Shown: positions 34,894 through 52,006 of the stretch, piece after piece
How positions within the stretch are numbered: position 1 is the first letter of the stretch
Layout of the letters: each line of letters begins with the position of its first letter
Origin: the human T2T-CHM13v2.0 reference genome, Homo sapiens
DNA: 64,000 bases
Assembly (NCBI RefSeq): GCF_009914755.1
Contig: NC_060927.1
Strand: one strand, 5' to 3'
Notes under the pieces: model-generated
Told to the model about the DNA's origin: nothing
Seen by the model: only the letters and a program-made list of their open reading frames with translations
Database searches by the model: none
Made by a program: the position numbers and the translations under genes

Positions 34894-35797
34894 CTTTGTG
34901 GTTTTATCTACTTTTGGTCTTTGATGATGGTGATGTACAGATGGGTTTTCTGTTAGATGTCCTTTCTGGTTGTTAGTTTTCCTTCTAACAGACAGGACCC
35001 TCAGCTGCAGGTCTGTTGGAATACCCTGCCGTGTGAGGTGTCAGTGTGCCCCTGCTGGGGGGTGTCTCCCAGTTAGGCTGCTCGGGGGTCAGGGGTCAAG
35101 GACCCAATTGAGGAGGCAGTCTGCCCGTTCTCAGATCTCCAGCTGCGTGCTGGGAGAACCACTGCTCTCTTCAAAGCTGTCAGACAGGGACACTTAAGTC
35201 TGCAGAGGTTACTGCTGTCTTTTTGTTTGTCTGTGCCCTGCCCCCAGAGGTGGAGCCTACAGAGGCAGGCAGGCCTCCTTGAGCTGTGGTGGGCTCCACC
35301 CAGTTCGAGCTTCCTGGCTGCTTTGTTTACCTAAGCAAGCCTGGGCAATGGCGGGCGCCCCTCCCCCAGCCTCGTTGCCGCCTTGCAGTTTGATCTCAGA
35401 CTGCTGTGCCAGCAATCAGCGAGATTCCGTGGGCGTAGGACCCTCTGAGCCAGGTGTGGGATATAGTCTCCTGGTGCGCCGTTTTTTAAGCCGGTCTGAA
35501 AAGCGCAATATTCGGGTGGGAGTGACCCGATTTTCCAGGTGCGTCTGTCACCCCTTTCTTTGACTCGGAAAGGGAACTCCCTGACCCTTGCGCTTCCCAG
35601 GTGAGGCAATGCCTCGCCCTGCTTCGGCTCGCGCACGGTGCGCGCACACACTGGCCTGTGCCCACTGTCTGGCACTCCCTAGTGAGATGAACCCGGTACC
35701 TCAGATGGAAATGCAGAAATCACCCGTCTTCTGCGTCGCTCACGCTGGGAGCTGTAGACCGGAGCTGTTCCTATTCGGCCATCTTGGCTCCTCCCTC
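34894..35797 (-). promoter_or_regulatory. L1 5'UTR internal sense promoter and antisense promoter (CpG-rich)
   Basis: CpG-rich block in AT-rich surroundings; YY1 motif AAGATGGC at 35778-35785 (minus); 5'UTR splice donor GAG|GTACCG at 35700/35699. Confidence 0.85.
35348..35563 (+). CDS. LINE-1 ORF0 (71 aa antisense ORF in the 5'UTR)
   Basis: MAGAPPPASLPPCSLISDCCASNQRDSVGVGPSEPG...HPFL matches recalled primate ORF0; ATG at 35348 in gcaATGg context. Confidence 0.88.
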   Translation: MAGAPPPASLPPCSLISDCCASNQRDSVGVGPSEPGVGYSLLVRRFLSRSEKRNIRVGVTRFSRCVCHPFL

Positions 35798-35868
35798 CTA
35801 TTATAATCTTTCATTTGTTTCATCAATCTAGACATTTATAATGAATACAGTATAAAAAGTAGCTCTAC

Positions 35869-36170
<302 letters not shown>

Positions 36171-36712
36171 CTACTATAAACTGTGAGGTGTTCCTAGACC
36201 TACATAATACTGAACATGCGTGGGACAAGAATATTTCTTTTTTCAGACAAAAAATTTCAGACATAAAACAAGGTATAGGGGACAATATAATGAATAACTG
36301 CATATATCCACTGCTCAGCTAAGAAATATAATACAGTTAAAAATTCCTATATACGTCTGATACATCTCCCTTCCCAAGAGTAAATGACTGTCCTTGATTC
36401 AGTGAATATCAATTCCATCTCTGTTTAACGTCATATGTATTGTTTTACATAAATATTATCCTGTAGGCCTCCTTCTACAACTTGCTTTTTTCACAAATCA
36501 TATTTTGCAATTTATGCATACTGGTTTATAAAGCTCTGATGTTTTAATTTTAGCCAGTGTCCACTGTTCCTTTCTATAAACAATTATAAATTACATATTC
36601 TCTCATAAATGGAAATTTAAGTTGTTTCCAAGGTTTTGCTTTTACTAACAATGAGTCCATGAATATTCTTGTATGTTTCTCCCTGTGCAGATATGTGGGA
36701 GTTTCCTTAGAG

Positions 36713-36907
36713 CAGTGTTTTTAAAATACTGCATCGGGACCCATTAGCACATTATAAAATTGATTCAGTGAGTGGCAACAAATACATAAAAGTATATAGG
36801 ACAGAAAATACCAAAATGCTCCACATGTAGTAGGCAAGTAAGTATTCTTTCTTGAAGCTACTGTGTACCTAATGTAGGACATAGTCAACAACATCTGTGA
36901 GACACTG
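36713..36907. mobile_element. hAT-Charlie-type MITE fossil within an old minus-strand L1 fragment
   Basis: cagtgttt...gagacactg termini; gacccattag...aaattgattcagtg core. Confidence 0.5.
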
Positions 36908-37676
36908 TTTTGATACCTACAAGTGAAATTATTGGGTTAGAAGCAATGCACATCTTCAACATTATTAGATATTTAAAAATGTCTACATCAGTGTTTCACA
37001 TCCTTGCCTGACATTTGGTATTATCCTACTATTTAAAATTTCCATCTCTGAGCTACAGCTTTGTATACTTTGTTTTCTACTGGGATGTCCAAATAAAAAC
37101 AAGCTAACAGTAGCAAAAATAAAACTCCCCTCAAAAACCAAAACACAACTACAAAATATATCTATAAAACATCCAAATCATATCATTTTAGCTCTTTCAG
37201 TCCTACCAAGTAGTATCTCTGCCGAGGATCCATTACATTTTTCCTCTGCTATACTACCCTTGTAAAAGTCAATTCTATAAAAACCAGGCTAAGTTTTATT
37301 ACACAATTTCATGGAAGCAGGCTGAGGACAAAGTCAATAGGTACAGCATGCTGATTAAAACTTAGTGACTACTCAGTATGGTAACTGCACATATACACAG
37401 TGAAATCATTCTTCCATCTAACTCTTCCAACTAACTCTTAGAGTTAGGTTAATTCTTGGAATTACTACTAATACTGAGATTATGAATGGCTGTTTGCAAC
37501 AGGCTAGAGAACAACCAGTCTTACCTTTACGTCTTCAGCAGGGAAATCCTGTTCAAAACATTTTTTACACCCATATCTACATCTATGCCTAATTTCTAAC
37601 GTCTTTGTTGTTTCACCAACTAGACTACTGAACAGCTTATGTTCTCAGAACACAGGTTCTCTGTATGCAATGCCGA

Positions 37677-38088
37677 TTTTTTTTTATTTCTTCAAAAAAA
37701 AAAAAAAAAAAAAAAAGCAGATACAAGCACAGAACGTGCAGGTTTGTTATACAGGTATGCATGTGCCATGGTGGTCTGCTGCACCTATTGACCCGTCCTC
37801 TAAGTTCCCTCCCCTCACCCCCAACTCCCAACAGGCACTGGTGTGTGCTGTTCCCCTCTGTGTGTCCATGTGTTCTTAATGTTCAGCTTCCACTTATGAG
37901 TGAAAATATACGGTGTTTGGTTTTCTGTTCCTGTGTTAGTTTGCTGAGGATAATGGCTTCCAGCTTCATCCATGTCCTTGGAAAAGACATCATCTCACTC
38001 CTTTTTACGGCTGCATGGTATTCCATGGAGTGTATGTACCACATTTGCTTTATCTAGTCTATCACTGATGGGCATTTGGGTTGGTTTC
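37677..38088 (-). mobile_element. L1PA8A-like 3' end fragment
   Basis: L1 3'UTR and ORF2 C-terminus homology; T-run preceding gaagaaataaa on the element strand. Confidence 0.75.
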
Positions 38089-38390
38089 ACATTGCCAGTA
38101 TTTTCATACCACATGTTTTCTAGGAATCCCAGTCCTTGTCTACTTCAGATGCCAGTTCAATCCTTCCCATCTTAACTTTAAAAATGTAAATATCCTTTTC
38201 CAGACTTGCAATTTGACCATGTGGGGCCAGAGAGCCTATTCTGTAGCTATAAAAACTCCCTGGGTAACTTGTCTCCTCTTTGGGTTCTAGTGCTCCAATC
38301 CACTTTGACTGCTGACATCACCCTGATAGATCATAATACATAACATATACATGTGAATAATCACAGACTAGACAGCAAAATTACAACTGA

Positions 38391-39172
<782 letters not shown>

Positions 39173-40709
39173 ATTATTAGTTTCCTTATTATAAAAGACC
39201 CTTAGAAATATAATAATAACCAATCATCTTACACAATTAGTTCTTTAGTCCAAATAGCTCAAGTGCATCAGCACCTACACGTTTGTGGTTATCCCTATGC
39301 CTATAATACCCTGAATTCTACTCTGATTACCTACACTGATTATTCTTTCAAGCTCTAGTGAAGTCTCAGTTCTTCTGTGATTCCTATTATTATTATATAT
39401 TTGCTTTCTTGCTCTCCAGGAACTAATAGTATATTCAAGGAGATACAGTATAAAATAAAAATGCAGTGTAAGTCTAAATATCCCTGATTTGATTACAACA
39501 TATCTTTTGATATAAACATATTTCCTCATAAGAGTCCTCCAAATTTTATGTTTTCATATTAAATTTATTTTTAAACAACTAATCTCTATTTCCAATAGCC
39601 TCACCCCATTTAAGAAAGATGTCTAGCTGAGGCATTTGGGAGCATCCAAAGCAAAGAGTAATGCAGGGGGTGCAAAAAATAGTAAGACAAGAGGAAAGGA
39701 ATAAAGACAATCATAAGACAGACTAATTTTTACAACATCCTAGCATTCAGGCCTTGAAATTAAAAACTAAACATGAAGGCTTTACTTGGAAACTCAAAGA
39801 AAAGGAACTAGAAAAGAATAATTCAGGTGCAATTCTATTAATCCTTTGTGGTAACTCTATTTTACAGCATAAAAGAATGATCATGTTTGCTTCTAGGAAA
39901 AACTTATCTAATTATTGATCATTACAATGCATCCTTTTGGGGAGAACATAACCCTTTAATATGGTATCTGGACCTAAGTTTTCATTGGATTACTTTCTCA
40001 GCAGATGGAAGTTTAATTATTTTCTGCTTATAACAAAATGAGGTTGAACTCCAGTGAATTTTAATTAAATGTTTCTTGTATTACCCTTATGGATGCTTTT
40101 CCAGTAAGGATGCAGACTAAATTAAAATGATTATAATACAAATTTCAAAAACCATGCTTAGCTAATATGGATGTTTTGACACTCACAATTATTGCTCATG
40201 TACAAGGAATCTCATGAGAGCTCCACAGGGAGAAATAATTATGAATGGCCAAAAAAGGCACACTCTCTAAATTGCAGCACCCAGTGAATTCAGGTCTCAA
40301 CCAATTTTATCACTAAGATTAGGCTGCGAGGAAAAAAAAAATCACATTTTCCAAAATAGAATAATTATAGAGAATTTTTTGGTATGAAATAGCATAGGGA
40401 GAAAGAAATAGCTGAAAGAATTACAGAAAAGTCATACTGTATCCTTTATTAGACTAAGAACTTGAGAATAGAGACCCTAACTTACAATAAGATGATTAAA
40501 ATAAATACTACCTTAGCGAGTGCTGAAAGTTAGTAAAGAGTGTTACAGAGAACACAGAAGCACGTAAAATGGAGAGGAGAGAAGGTGGTCAAGGAAGGCT
40601 TTTGAAAGGTAGTAATGTGTAAGAGTAAACCTGAAGAGCTGAAACTGTGTTGTTTACAAATTAAATACAAATATTTCATTTATTATTTCAGGCTTACTAG
40701 AGTTATTTA

Positions 40710-41013
<304 letters not shown>

Positions 41014-41791
41014 GCTAAGAGTTATTTTAGATGTATTGAAAATGTGGCAAGTTTATAAAACTATTTTTCATCTCATTTTTGTTGCTAATTATTAATAAGT
41101 AAAAACAGTGGCAAAATACACAGAAAGGCACTGCATCACTAAGAGTCTCATACAGAGAAGGTGTATGGCTATCTGTTACCCTGCATTACGCCTTAATATT
41201 TTACTATTAACAGAATTTTAGGCTTTAATAAGATTAAAAATCAAATGTCAAAGATACATTAGCTTTCAAAGAAAAATATCCTCTAATTAATATTTACATT
41301 TTAACTAGCAACCTGACCCCCACATTAGATCAAAGATGAAATATTAAGAAGAAGATTAAAATAATGGAATAATAGTTTGTTCAGAATAAATCTATTATGG
41401 TATTGTATAAGAATAGCTCTGAAAATATGATTCTGAAATGTTTCATTGTAACATAAAAGGATGAAAAGACTCAACTAGTCTTAAAGACATCTGTTTTTCA
41501 TCTTCTCAAAAGTACTTAAATCTGTCCTCTGAGTAAGTTTGTCCTTATGGCCTAACAACTTTGTTATTCTTTTTTGTTGTTGTTGTTATTCTTTTACCAT
41601 TACTGAAATAACAATCTTTCTGGTTGCTTTTATAACTGTCTTCATCTTTGATGTTTTTCATTTTCACTACGGTATGTCTAGATGTAGAATATATTCCCTA
41701 ACCTACTCAGCACTCATTAAGTTTTTTTAATCTGAAGTTTCTGTTTAACTAATTTTATAAAATTGTACTCACTACTACTACTTCTCTCTAA

Positions 41792-41963
<172 letters not shown>

Positions 41964-42396
41964 CAAGGGCTTCTCTCTTTTCCTGAAACTTCTTTTTAAA
42001 GGACTGGTGAAGTATCTGACACTACCCTTCCCATATCAGAAAGGTCCGTCCATATCTTTTTATCCCTTTATTACTGTGATCTGGGTAAACTCCTCAGTAT
42101 TACATTCCAATTCACTAATTGTCTCCTCAACATTCTAAAGTATATCCTGTTCATTAAATATGAATTTGTGAGTGTTTTTCACATTCAGTATTTTGTGTTT
42201 TTACATCCCCTGGTTCTTATTATTTGCCATTTATTTGTGGAAGAAACTGATCATTTGGTCTGAAGTACAGTTTCCCAAATTCTAGACTTAAGCAATACCA
42301 CAAGGATTCAGTTAGAAAACACATTCTTCTGGTCTCCATACTTACTGTAAATGATTACTTAGATCTAGCAGCATACAGATTAAAATCCAATTTGTT

Positions 42397-42708
42397 GGCC
42401 GGGTGCAGTGGCTCACACTTGTAATCCCAGCACGTTGGGAGCCCGAGGCAGGAAGATCACCTGAGGTCAGGAGTTCAAGACCAGCCAGGCCAACATGGTG
42501 AAACCCTGTCTCTATTAAAAATACAAAATTAGCTGAGGATGGTGGTGCACACCTGTATTCCCAGCTACTCAGGAGGCTGAGGCAGGAGAATCACCTGAAC
42601 CCAGGAGGCGGGGGCTGGAATCAGCCCAAGATCACGCTGCTGCACTCCAGCCTGGGAGACAGAGCAAGATTGTCTCAAAAACAAAACAAAACAAAAAAAC
42701 AAAAAAAT
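42397..42708 (+). mobile_element. Alu (AluS)
   Basis: Full dimer, TSD aaaatc(c/a)aatttgtt. Confidence 0.9.
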
Positions 42709-43747
42709 CAAATTTGTTTGAAGTGGATGGTGGTAAGTGGGACACAAAGTGGTAACTTAAAAAGTGATATCTCTGCATAGTACCTACTACTTCCAGTACG
42801 TGCAGTAATATCTCCTATTAATCAATAATGTAGACTGAGTGATACTTATGGAAATTAATGATTAGTATCCATGGCATGCTGATCACTTTTGCCAAGTAGG
42901 TCACATTCTCAACTACACTTGTATTCTAGTTTTGAATAGTTCAGTCAGGCTATGACAGATCCAATACTAGTTTATGCAAGGTCTGATTAAATAAAATGTA
43001 AATCAACATTGTAACAGTAAGAAATTAAATAACTGTTGTTTCTACAAGGATAATAGGTTGAAAGCTTTGTCAAGACTCAAGAAAGGTGAGTCATTAAAAT
43101 AAATACTGGTGTTACAGACTGACAGAAAATCATAAAAATATGGATTCTGAATTCAAGACTGCATGACGGAGCCAAGATGGACAGAATTTATGCTCTCACT
43201 TGAAAAAAGTAAATGAAAACAAAAACCAAATTGCACAAAATGATTTTTAGATGTTGGATTATCAGTCAGAGCAGAATGGTAATCTCTGAGAGGGGATAAC
43301 ACAAGATGAGCCCTAAGACTGCCCCCAGATATTTACATGCCATTTAACAGTTTAAGCAGGGTAAAATTTACCTTACAAGGGACACAAAATGAAGTCCTTC
43401 AAACTGCAAGGGAATAACACGATACAATAACTAAATTCCACGGGAAAAAATGAAGAATGTCAAAAATGTTAACAAGAAAGTAAATTAGAAGACAGTAAGT
43501 GTATTTGTATTTTCTCCTCTTAATTTTGTTAAGAGATGACTGAACACTCTGAAAATAATGCTGTACAGGTGGGTTAGTAACTAATGTAGACAAAATATAT
43601 ATGACAATAATAGCACAAAGGAAGGACAAGAAAATGAAGCTGGGCTAGAGCAGTGCTTTGTGGAAAATTTAGAGCTTATAAGGGGAGTTGAGAAAGGAGG
43701 AAGGATATAAAATGAATAATTTTAGTTTTCAACTTAAGAAACAATTA

Positions 43748-44360
43748 GGCCAGGCATGATAGTTCACACCTAATCACAGCACTTTGGGAGGCTGAGGGTG
43801 GTAGATGGCTTGAGCCCAGGAATTTGAGACCAGCCTGGGCAACATGGCGAAACTTCGTCTCTACTGAAAATACAAAAAATTAACCAGGTATGGTAGTGTG
43901 TGCCTGTAGTCCCAGCTACTCAGGAGGCTGAGGTGGGAAGATCACCTGAGCCCAGGATGTTGAGGCTGAAGTGAGCTGTGATTGTGCAACTGCACTCCCA
44001 CCTGGGTGACAGAGTAAAACCCTGTCTCAAAAAAACCAAACCAAACCAAAACAAAAAGATCAGCAAAGGATGGCTCACACCTGTAATCCCATCACTTTGG
44101 GAGGCTAAGGCAGGTGGATCACTTGAGTCCAGGAGTTCAACACGAGCCTGGACAACATGGCCAAACCCTGACTCTACAAAAATAACAAAAATTAGCCAGG
44201 CATAGTGATGTGTGCTTGTAGTCCCAACTACTCAGGGGGCTGAGGCGGGAGTACTGCTTGAGCCCGTGAAGTCAAGGCTGCAGTGAGCAATGATCATGAC
44301 ACTGCACTCCAGCTTGGACAACAGAGCGAGATCCTGTCTCCGAAAAAAAAAAAAAAAAAA
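43748..44360 (+). mobile_element. Two tandem AluJ elements
   Basis: Dimers at about 43748-44057 and 44071-44360. Confidence 0.88.
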
Positions 44361-44674
44361 CAACACAAATAATAAATATGGAAACATAAATCAAGGAAAT
44401 AAAAAACAGAGAAAGCCAACAAAATTACAAGTCCATTATTATTTGAAAAGATCAACAAAACAAACTTACAGTGAAACTGAGAAAGACAAAAGAGAAGACA
44501 CAAATCACACAAGAATAAATAAGGGGGCTGACAACCCCCCAAAAATTAAAACAACTACAAAATATTATGAATAACATTATGCCATTAAATTTACAATTTG
44601 CATGAAATAGACATATTGCCTGAGAAATACAAATTACCAAATCTGACTCAAAAACAACAAAAAATCTGGCGGTG

Positions 44675-44975
44675 TGCAGGGCGCAGTGGCTCACACCTAT
44701 AATCCTAGTACTTTGGGAGGCCGAAGCAGAAGGACTGCTTGAGGTCAAGAGTTCTAACCATTCTGGGCAAAACAGGGAGAAGCCCTAGTTTCTAGAAAAA
44801 ATAAAAAATTGGCCAGGTGTCGTGAAGCTTGCCTGCAGTCCTAGCTACTTGGGAGCTGAGGCAGGAGGACTGCTTGAGCCCAGGACATTGAGGTTCTACG
44901 GAGTTGTGATTGTGCCACTGCACTCCAGGCAGGGTGACAGACAGAGACCCTGTCTCAAGAAAATAAATTAATAAA
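44675..44975 (+). mobile_element. AluJ
   Basis: Diverged dimer. Confidence 0.85.
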
Positions 44976-46219
44976 AAACAAAACAAAATTTAAAAAAATT
45001 CAGGATATATAAATTGAATCAGTAATTAAAAACCTTTACACAAAGAAAAGCCTGGTATTAAAGGGCTTCTCTGCTGAAATCTACCAAACATAGAAATATT
45101 ACCAATCCTTCATAAATTCTTTCAGAAAACAGAGCAGGAAGAATAGTTCCCAGCGTATTCTATAAGGCTAGTATTGACACTGTTATTCCTTATGAAAGTA
45201 AATGCACAAATCCTTAACAAAATACTAGCAAACTGAATCCAGTAGCATATAAAAAGGATTGTATACCATAACCATGTGGAATTTCTCCCAGAATGCAAGG
45301 TTGGTATAATATCTGAAAATCAATGAACACAATACACTATATTAATATAATAAAAGAAAAAACCTGCATGACCACCTCATTCAAAACAGAAAAAATAAAG
45401 AAATACATCAATCCATCATGATAAAAACACCCAACAAATCAGGCTAGAAGTAAATTCCTCATCCTACTAAAGGGTATCTACACAAAACTTAGTTAATAAC
45501 ATCGTGCCTAATTTCAAAGTCTAATTGTTTCCCCATTAAGATAAGGAATAAATTCTATATTGTTAAGAGGTTAATTCTCTCCAAATTGGTTCACAAGGTA
45601 ATTACAATCCCTATGATAATTTCAGAAGCTTTTGTTCAAAAATTGACAAGCTGACCCTAAGATTTATACAGAAATGCAAAGAATCTGTACCAGTCAAAAA
45701 ATTTTTGAAAACGAAGAATAAAGTAAGACAACTTACACTACCTAATTTTAAAAGCTCATCTAAAGCATACTCAATGCAGGTGGTATCAGTGTAAGGATAG
45801 ACAGAAAATCCAAAAATAAAACCTTGTGTTTATGGTCAATTCATCTTCAAGAGAGATGGCATGGTAATTCAATTGGGGAAAGATACTTTGTCATTAAATG
45901 GTGCTGGGAAAACTGAAAATTTGTATGCAAAAAGTAGACTTCTGCCCTTATATCACGTCATCTACAAAAATTGAATTAAAAATTCAATTTTAAAGGTTCA
46001 TATGCCTTAATAGAAGAGACAAAATGATTAAACTTCGAAAATAAAACACAGAAGAAATCTTAGGGGTTAGGCAATGTTCACAGATACCAAAAGCATGACC
46101 ACAGAAGAAAAACTCATAAACTGGGCCATACAAATTGAAAACATTTGCTCTGTAAAGGTCACCATCAAGAAAATGAAAAAAAGCTATACATCTGTTCACG
46201 AACTTATATCAAGAATATC

Positions 46220-46903
<684 letters not shown>

Positions 46904-48243
46904 TTAGAATAAACAGACCGAAAATCAGTAAAGAGAGAGAAGACTTGAACAACACTATTAACCAATTTGACCTAACTGGTATAAGACGCTAGCCAACAAA
47001 AGCAGAATATACCTTATTTTCTTGAGGTATAGAGATCTATAGGTATCTATAGGTATCTATTCACCAAGATAGAGTTTACTGTGGGTCTCATACAAATCTC
47101 AATAAATTTAGAAGCATTCAAATCATACAAACTATGTTCTTTGACTACATTGAAATTAAATTAGAAATCAATAACAGAAAGGTATCTAGAAAATCCTCAA
47201 ATATCTGCACACTAAATGCCATGCTTCAAAATAATCCATGGGTGAAACAAAAAAATCAAAAAGGAAACTAGACAGTATTTTGAACTAAATAAAAAATGCA
47301 ATATATCCAAATTTAGGACACATAGCTAAAGCAGTGCTTTAAAAAATTTATAGGAGTAAATTCCCTTATTAGAAAAAAAGTGTCAAATCAATGACCTCAA
47401 ATTCTACCTTGAGAAACTAAGAAGAGCTGAAGAAGTGAAACCCAAAGTGAGCAGATGAAAGGAAATAAAGGACAGAAATCAATGAAATAGAAAACAAAAA
47501 TAATAGAAAAATTCAATATAAAATAAGATAAAATAGCTCCACATACACTGAACAATGAAAAGAGAAAAGCGGGAAGGAAGCAGGGGGAAAAGGAGTGGGA
47601 GAGAGAGAGGGAGAGAGAGAGAGATGTTAAATTACCAATATTATGACCAACTTTATGCTGATAGTTTTTTAATACAACTCAACCACCAAGATGAATGTAC
47701 CAATTTCTTATAAGACATAAACTACCAAAGTTTACTCAGGAACAACAGATAACCTCAACAGCCCTATATCTACTGGAGAAAATTCATACTTAAAAACCTT
47801 CCTGCAAAGAAAATTCTAGGCTCCAATGGTAGAACTCTTATCTGAAGAAGAAATAATACCAGTTCTATCAAACTCACCGAGAAAATTAAAGAAGAGAGAA
47901 TACACTGTAACTCAATCTACAAGGCCAGCATTACCTTGCTAACAAAGGTAGACAGTGATATTCATTAAAATAAAGTTAGAGCTATTTATCCCTCTTGAAC
48001 ATAGATGCAGAAATTCTTGGAAAAACTCAGCAAATCACATACAACCATATATAGATAAAAACATATCATGATAATGTGGGCTTTATGCGTTCATGTTAAC
48101 ATCTGAACATAAATTCACCACATTAAGTCTTTAAAAAATAAAACAACACACTGATCTCAATAGATGCAGAAAAAGATTTGACAAAATCCAAGATATATTC
48201 CTAATAAAAACTCTCAGAAAACTAGGAATAAAAAGAAACTTCC

Positions 48244-48893
<650 letters not shown>

Positions 48894-48937
<44 letters not shown>

Positions 48938-48996
48938 TACATATACATACACACACACATACATATACATACACACACACACACACACACACACCA

Positions 48997-49036
<40 letters not shown>

Positions 49037-49040
49037 CACA
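48894..49040. repeat. Compound (TA)n(CA)n microsatellite in Alu tail
   Basis: Directly visible. Confidence 0.95.
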
Positions 49041-49659
49041 TTACGGCTAGCAACGCATTCAATGATAAAAAAAACTCTGACTTTGTTCAGAGAAAGAAGC
49101 CAGATCCGCCCACAAAAAAAAAACCCAGATATGTTGCATAATTCCATTTCTATAAAATTCTAGAAAATGTAAATAATCAGCACATCAATGCTTGCTTGAG
49201 GATGATGGAAAGGTAGAACAACAGGAAGGGAGGTAGAAAGGAGTTACAAAGTGCCATGAGAAAACTTGGCACTTGAATTTCTTAAGGATGATGGAGAGAT
49301 TCATTATCTCGCTTGTGGTGGTGGTTTTATAGGTGTATATATGTCAAAACTCATCAAATTATGCACTTAAATGTGCAGTTTATTTATGTGAATTAGACCT
49401 CCATAAAGTTGCAGTAAAAAAAAAAAAACAAAGACTGCATGGCAGGTATATGCAAATCCTTGTTCTTTTTAAAACAAATATATCAATAACATGTTATACA
49501 TGCAGTATATGCAAGAAAGCAGACATAAAACTCCAATCAGACAATCCACACTGAACATAAAAGCCCTGGACCTATTTCAAAAGAACATTTTATTCTTTTG
49601 GTTAAAATGTTTAAGTTCCATTAAAATAAATTATCAAACAGATACACATACACACACAA

Positions 49660-49897
49660 CTTGCCACTTGGTATACACAGGGGATTGCTTCTCGGACTGC
49701 TCACATATAGCAAAATCCATGCATACTCAAGTACTACAGCTGTCTCTGAGTAATCTGCATATTCAACAAGTTAGACCTCCATGTAAACAGGTTTCGTATC
49801 CCACAAATACTGTATTTTCAATCCGTGTTTAGTTAGAAACAAATGGTTTACAGGCAATTCTTGCAGTTCAAACCCATGTTGTTCAAAGGTCAGCTGT
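49660..49897. mobile_element. MER2-like (TcMar-Tigger) fossil
   Basis: ggtatacacaggggattg...cagttcaaacccatgttgttcaaaggtcagctg. Confidence 0.75.
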
Positions 49898-49914
49898 GTA
49901 TGTGTGTATTTCTT

Positions 49915-50180
49915 TGTTTTGTTTTAGACAGGGTCTTGTTCTGTCACCCAGACTGGAGTGCAGTGGCGCAATCAAGGCTCACTGCAGCCTTGACCCTCTG
50001 GTTCAGGCAATCCTCCCACCTCAGCCTCCCGAGTAGCTGGGACTACAAGTGCACACTACCACACCGGGCTGATTTTTAAATTTTCTGTAGAGATGCAGTC
50101 TTTAACTCCTGGCCTCAAGTGATCCTCCCACCTTAGCCTCCCAAAGTGTTAGGATTACAGGGATGAGCGACCACATCCCA
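49915..50180 (-). mobile_element. AluJ
   Basis: Diverged dimer with internal deletion. Confidence 0.85.
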
Positions 50181-50942
50181 CCGCTCTATATTAATTAGCC
50201 AAATATACTCTCAAATGGGTCTGAAAACAGTGCTTCTATTTATTATCTTTGTCTATCTACTTACACACATCACATCTAATCAACAGAAGGTAACAAGTAT
50301 ATGTATATGATTCATTCACTCAATGTAAAATATGCTCTTTTACAATGTAGTTAGTGTTTTTAAGGTTCCTGGGCTTCACAGAAAGACAAACTAAAATCAT
50401 TAGCAATGGAGGATAACAAAAATATTTTGCTAATGGCTTTTATTTCAATGTGTTTATCTGAAAGGAAACAAGAATGAAGATACAGTTGTTGCATTAACTG
50501 CGGGGTTGCCCTTCTCTGTCCTCTTTTCGCCCAGCTTCACACAGGTTTTTTTTTTTTTTAAATTATTAATTTGCCCATGGAACAAAATGAGTACCACAGA
50601 GCAAGAAGTAGGGCACTTAATTTTTTAAATGTGAAAACAAGAATATCTTATTAAAGCTACATTAGTTTATGATCCTATTAATTAATATTCCATCAGTATA
50701 AATCCAAGTACATAAGCTACTTCCAACAGCATATGTTCTGAATTTGGAAGAGTATAACAGTGGTAGTGGCAGCAGTCATACAATTTCTTCTATAGTTGTA
50801 GTGTGACATTGACAGCCAAAGTTGTTTTCCAGAAAACAAAACATAAATCATAATTAGTGAGTTTTACAGTTAGCCTGGGCCACAAAAAAAATCAATAATT
50901 GTTTAAGTGAAAAGCCTTCAAAATTATTTTTAAAATCTCTTA

Positions 50943-51053
<111 letters not shown>

Positions 51054-52006
51054 TCATTTTATTTGGAAGGAACAGCTCCAATTGTTTTTAATTCCTGGTT
51101 ATTTTCATTCTGGGTAGTTTTCAATCCTTTTCTCACTTGTAGTACAGATGTGTGAAAATACCAGTATATTTCCATTATTCCTTTACATTTATATCATATT
51201 GGTTTTAGAACTTTTCACTGTCTCTCTCTAGACACAAACTTCACAATCACAAACAAGGAGTGGTGGTATAGCTAAGTGTGGTCAGATTCCTATCTCCAAA
51301 ATATCATCTGCCTTAGGAACAGAACTCTTCTGTCTAAATCAGGTCCCTGGGTTTGGTTTTGCCTTTCTTGGTTAAAGGAACATCCCTAATTAACATATTT
51401 GCTGTTCTAAAAGTAACTTCCTACTCCATCTAATGTATCCAAACATTACTCTGCATCTCACTAGCCTGTAACAGACAGCAGGCCAAGTTCCCAATAAGAG
51501 GTATAACAGAAGATAAAAAGGATCCTGGCTACTTATGGTGAAGTACAGTAACAAAATAAATAGTATCTATGGCAAAGATACAAATTTCAGGCAACAAAAC
51601 TGATCAGAGTTAAAGTTTGTGTTTATTATTACTCAAAAACAACAACAGCACTGAATTACATTCAAGGTGGTATCTACTATTCTAATTTATTCTGTAATTT
51701 ACTGTATAGTAATATTCAGTGAAATATTTGCTTTTACTACATACATGAATGTTGACAATAAAATTCCCTCAGATTTATTCTTTTGCTGTATGCTTTGTTT
51801 CAGGCTTTACTAAAATAAGTTTGGGAATACTTTTATTGCAAAATCATTCAAATTTCTGCAACTTCCTCCAAGTGTTAAAAATTATTTTTATTGCATTTAT
51901 CATATAAAAACTAATTAATTTATAAGAGGCATACATTTCTGAGTCAGCAGTACTTACGAAAGCCCAGCTCTAGTATTTACTTCTATAATATTTCAAGTAT
52001 GGTATG

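Noticed and set aside
37695-37716. A22 run next to a T-run suggesting an inverted (twin-primed) or separate insertion
   Set aside because: As recalled, L1PA8A-type 3' ends carry a T-run before the poly(A) signal; simple expansion explains it.
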